Below are positions 58,523-64,000 of a DNA stretch of 64,000 nt, piece by piece. The notes under the pieces were generated by a model. The model was not told where the DNA came from. It ran no database searches and saw nothing but the letters and a program-made list of their open reading frames with translations. Origin of the DNA: a virus; the IMG/VR virus record IMGVR_UViG_3300025648_000013. One strand, written 5' to 3'. How positions within the stretch are numbered: position 1 is the stretch's first letter; the number at the start of each line of letters is the position of its first letter. A program made the translations under genes and the position numbers.

Positions 58523-58545
58523 CTGATACAAAATGGAGATTGATT

Positions 58546-58935
58546 ATGTTTAATGTTGGTGATCGAGTTAAGCTTACCAGTTCGGCAACGGGCTATATTG
58601 ACGAACCTGATAATGGACTTGATGTCGGTAGTCTGGGTACTGTCACTGAACAAATCGATCCATATGGACGTCCATATGGACCATATGGACAAACTGATGG
58701 GATATATTGGCGGGTACAGTTTGATTCTGGTTATTTTGGTCGTCATGACCATTCGGTTTGTATCTTTAAAGATGAAATCGAGTTGGTAAAAGAGACAGTG
58801 CAAGATGACATTATCAAACTACTGAAGCTTGCACAGGCTGCTATTATTCATTATTCTCAAGATCCAGATGCATCTCGATATCCAGATGAAACAATCGCCT
58901 TGCGTATTGAAAAGTTTCTTGCAAGCAATACTTGA
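58546..58935 (+). CDS. Hypothetical protein with SH3-like N-terminus
   Basis: 'MFNVGDRVKL'; GGAGA RBS. Confidence 0.55.
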   Translation: MFNVGDRVKLTSSATGYIDEPDNGLDVGSLGTVTEQIDPYGRPYGPYGQTDGIYWRVQFDSGYFGRHDHSVCIFKDEIELVKETVQDDIIKLLKLAQAAIIHYSQDPDASRYPDETIALRIEKFLASNT

Positions 58936-58962
58936 TACATAAACATGTTTTATAAGTAGAAC

Positions 58963-59589
58963 ATGAACAACGTAACGAACTTTAAAAACTTCATTGTCGA
59001 GTCACAAAACACACTCCATGCCTTTGACATGGATGAAACTTTGTTTACTCACGATCCAGGATCACTCGCTATTCATGTAAACGATGAACATGGCAAGCGA
59101 GTGAAGTCTTTAAGTAATCAACAGTTCAATACGCATAAGTTAGATCCAGGTCATTCATATGATTTCTCTGATTTCAAATCATCGAGCAAATTGCATCAAA
59201 CGGGTAAACCTATTCGTAAGATGCTTGCTAAGATGAAAGCCATTCATAATAACGGCGGCAAGGTAGAGATACTAACTGCTCGGTCTGACTTTGACGATCA
59301 ACCTAAGTTTGCCGAGTTTATGAAGAAGTATGGAGTAGATATAAATAAAGTGCATGTTCGTAGGGCTGGTAACATTCCTGGTGATCCTGCCGTAAGAAAA
59401 CGTGATATTTTACACAATCTCATTAATCAGAATGGATATAAAAACGTCCATCTCTATGATGATTCTAAAGACAATCTAGCACAGTTTCTTTCATTGAAAC
59501 AACAACATCCTGGTGTTAACTTCAATGCTCATCACGTAAGTCATAACGATGACACTGGTGAGACTACGATACGCACAACGAAAGTTTAA
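58963..59589 (+). CDS. HAD-family phosphatase
   Basis: 'FDMDETL' DxD, 'ILTAR', 'LYDDSKDNL'. Confidence 0.8.
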   Translation: MNNVTNFKNFIVESQNTLHAFDMDETLFTHDPGSLAIHVNDEHGKRVKSLSNQQFNTHKLDPGHSYDFSDFKSSSKLHQTGKPIRKMLAKMKAIHNNGGKVEILTARSDFDDQPKFAEFMKKYGVDINKVHVRRAGNIPGDPAVRKRDILHNLINQNGYKNVHLYDDSKDNLAQFLSLKQQHPGVNFNAHHVSHNDDTGETTIRTTKV

Positions 59590-59590
59590 T

Positions 59591-59664
59591 GCCGATATAG
59601 TATAGTGGTATTACCGTGGATTTGTAACCCTCTGACAGGAGTTCGATTCTTCTTATCGGCACCA
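59591..59664 (+). tRNA. tRNA-Thr(TGT)
   Basis: GCCGATA/TATCGGC; TT TGT AA loop; mismatched anticodon stem. Confidence 0.8.
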
Positions 59665-59692
59665 GACTATTTTGATGATCAAAATAGTTAAT

Positions 59693-59770
59693 GGAGCATA
59701 CGGCTAACGGGTTGGGTCACCTGATTTTCAGTCAGGAATAAAGTCGGTTCGAGTCCGACATGCTTCACCA
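59693..59770 (+). tRNA. tRNA-Glu(TTC)
   Basis: GGAGCAT/ATGCTTC; CCTGA-TT TTC AG-TCAGG. Confidence 0.85.
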
Positions 59771-59780
59771 AGTTTATTGT

Positions 59781-59857
59781 CTACCATTAGCACAGCCTGG
59801 TAGCGCATCTGCTTTGGGAGCAGAGGGTCGGGAGTTCGAATCTCTCATGGTAGACCA
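59781..59857 (+). tRNA. tRNA-Pro(TGG)
   Basis: CTACCAT/ATGGTAG; TCTGC-TT TGG GA-GCAGA. Confidence 0.9.
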
Positions 59858-59875
59858 CTCCATATAAATAAGAGC

Positions 59876-60106
59876 ATGAAAATGAAAATATTCAAAGCTT
59901 TCAAAGAATCGACCACAGAGACACCAGAGAACATTCAGATTGAAGTTCTAGGTGTTGATGATACATGGCGTAGAGTTGAAGGTGGTGTTCCTAATCGTGC
60001 GCAGTCTATTGCTCGTGCATTAGAGTATACCAAAAAGAGATATCCTAAGAACCGAGTTCGTGCTGTTGGACAGAAAACGGGCAGGTTCTACGATCTTTTG
60101 CCTTGA
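59876..60106 (+). CDS. Small late hypothetical protein
   Basis: TATAAATA directly upstream. Confidence 0.55.
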   Translation: MKMKIFKAFKESTTETPENIQIEVLGVDDTWRRVEGGVPNRAQSIARALEYTKKRYPKNRVRAVGQKTGRFYDLLP

Positions 60107-60195
60107 TGTTTATTTTTTAATGTTTCGCTTATTTTTTTCTTAGTCTCTTCACTTGGAACTTTACCAAGTTGAGCAAGTCTCATTTTTTCTTTATG
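60088..60195 (-). pseudogene. HEG C-terminal NUMOD3 remnant
   Basis: Minus strand reads HKEKMRLAQLGKVPSEETKKKISETLKNKHQGKRS*. Confidence 0.65.
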
Positions 60196-60206
60196 AAAGG
60201 TAAATA

Positions 60207-60476
60207 ATGGCAGTTAGTACACGTAAGACTAAGGTCTCAAAAGGTATTCACTCAAACGTTTCCAGAGCAACTACAAAGCTTGTGAAGCGTGATCGTTGCA
60301 CACTAACGCATGAACTTGATCTTGTTAAAGCATGGCGCGCTGGTCGTAATCCTTGGATCACTATTGCTAATCCTAATAAGAACCAAACAAACATGCTGAA
60401 TATCCGTGTTCGTGCAAATGAGTATTGGGGCAAATACAAGCGTAGTTCGAACGCAACACTGGCTCAAGAAGACTAA
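60207..60476 (+). CDS. Basic hypothetical protein
   Basis: AAGGT RBS; 'AWRAGRNPWITIANPN'. Confidence 0.6.
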   Translation: MAVSTRKTKVSKGIHSNVSRATTKLVKRDRCTLTHELDLVKAWRAGRNPWITIANPNKNQTNMLNIRVRANEYWGKYKRSSNATLAQED

Positions 60477-60513
60477 ATAATAAATAGAGTGTAATCTAAC
60501 ACTCAAGGAAATA

Positions 60514-61188
60514 ATGATGCAGCGGTTGCTATCTATCCCTAGGATGTTAGCTTCCGCTGCATTTTCTTTTCTAGCAAAGCGGAAGCTGCCTCCATCGTTA
60601 CCTGCAAATCAAGTCTGGCCTTACGGTCAGGCTATTGTCGTGCCTGGTACCACAGTGCTTTGCAACTCGTTCTATCTCGTTCTTTATGATGAAAAGAACA
60701 TGAGAGCGATTCTTTCTGCTGAAGTAACACAGCCACCACATGATCATGTAGAAAGAGACGATGCATTCTGCTCCGATCCTCGCCTGAAACGATCACCAAC
60801 ACCCGATGACTATACAGACAGTGGATATGATCGTGGGCATTTAACACCTGCGGCTGACGCTGGAAACGAAGTCCAGATGCGTGATACGTTTCTGATCACA
60901 AACGTTGTACCTCAGACACCTAAACTGAATAGAGTTCTTTGGAAAGAACTGGAAGCGATGGTGAGAGGGATGGAGACGCAATACGTGGTGACTGGTGCAA
61001 TCTATACTGATACATCTACTTGTATTGGAGAACGTAGGATTCCCGTTCCATCGGCGTATTACAAAGTTGTCTATCTCAAAGATCGCTCTATCAAAGTTTA
61101 TATGGCGGACAACGCTGAAGGATCTGTGGTGGTAGAAAAATCTTTATCAGAGTTAGAATCTTTGGTGGGATACACATTTCCCTCTTGA
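60514..61188 (+). CDS. DNA/RNA non-specific endonuclease
   Basis: 'YDRGHLTPAAD', 'TNVVPQ...LNRVLW', 'VPSAYYKV'. Confidence 0.92.
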   Translation: MMQRLLSIPRMLASAAFSFLAKRKLPPSLPANQVWPYGQAIVVPGTTVLCNSFYLVLYDEKNMRAILSAEVTQPPHDHVERDDAFCSDPRLKRSPTPDDYTDSGYDRGHLTPAADAGNEVQMRDTFLITNVVPQTPKLNRVLWKELEAMVRGMETQYVVTGAIYTDTSTCIGERRIPVPSAYYKVVYLKDRSIKVYMADNAEGSVVVEKSLSELESLVGYTFPS

Positions 61189-61212
61189 CATTATTCCCGA
61201 GTCGTGTATTAT
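61185..61212 (+). promoter_or_regulatory. Early promoter with GANTC
   Basis: TTGACA-ttattccc-GAGTC-gtg-TATTAT. Confidence 0.7.
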
Positions 61213-61248
61213 CAGTAATGTAGTCAGTGAGATATAAGGTGATTCGTT

Positions 61249-61559
61249 ATGACTGTTTCTGAGTTGATTGAAGAACTGATGCAGTCCGATCCTGATGCTG
61301 AGGTTGTGCGTGAGGCGATATGCGCCACCAACATCAAGCGCGATATTATCCGTCAAACCCAGAGCGCGCGCCCCACCACCGTCAACCTCTATAGAACTGC
61401 CGAGCAGCGTGCGGATGCGGTGCGGGTGGCCGCCAATCGCCAAGTGATGCAAAATGGGCAATGGACCGATGCACCCGTGCAGGCCGCGACCGTTCAGAAA
61501 ATTGAGGATATTATCCTGATCGAGTGCGCGATCTGCGCCGGTCGGGTTTCACTGGCTAG
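61249..61559 (+). other. Phage/bacterial junction: phage ORF start fused to a bacterial DUF3576-like 3' end
   Basis: 'MTVSELIEELMQSDPDAEV' (AT-rich) then GC-rich 'RADAVRVAANRQV...APVQAATVQKIEDIIL' and frameshifted 'RVRDLRR'. Confidence 0.7.
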
Positions 61560-61571
61560 GGTTTTCATTTC

Positions 61572-64000
<2,429 letters not shown>

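Noticed and set aside
61185-61330. Prophage attachment site
   Set aside because: No integrase or att core, the junction interrupts genes on both sides, and the adjacent sequence looks error-prone.

Overview
Bases 1 to about 61305 are an AT-rich T4-like (myovirus-type) phage genome segment, mostly on the + strand. In order it holds tail fibre/adhesin genes, gp13-gp23 neck/tail/head genes, a minus-strand tRNA cluster, gp3/uvsY/uvsW/gp55/gp47/gp46, a putative DNA-modification cluster, gp45/44/62/regA, Hsp20, an endolysin, a split gp43, uvsX, gp41, accessory genes and a plus-strand tRNA set. It carries 10 apparently intact free-standing homing endonuclease genes (HEGs) and about 4 remnants. At about 61305 the sequence switches abruptly to GC-rich alphaproteobacterial DNA (DUF3576-like 3' end, then leuS running off the window), most likely a chimeric join. 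The best candidate for an undescribed system is a covarying two-hairpin element, present in 7 copies between a late promoter and the start codon of unrelated GIY-YIG and HNH endonucleases, whose mismatches resolve to G-U pairs on the strand antisense to the HEG. Other highlights: a D-armless tRNA-Arg(UCU); a HEG-fractured uvsW with a possible non-splicing half-intein joint; HEG cassettes that supply recoded replacement gene ends; and early promoters with a fixed-position GANTC (CcrM/GcrA-type) site. All calls come from reading the sequence by eye; no searches were run.
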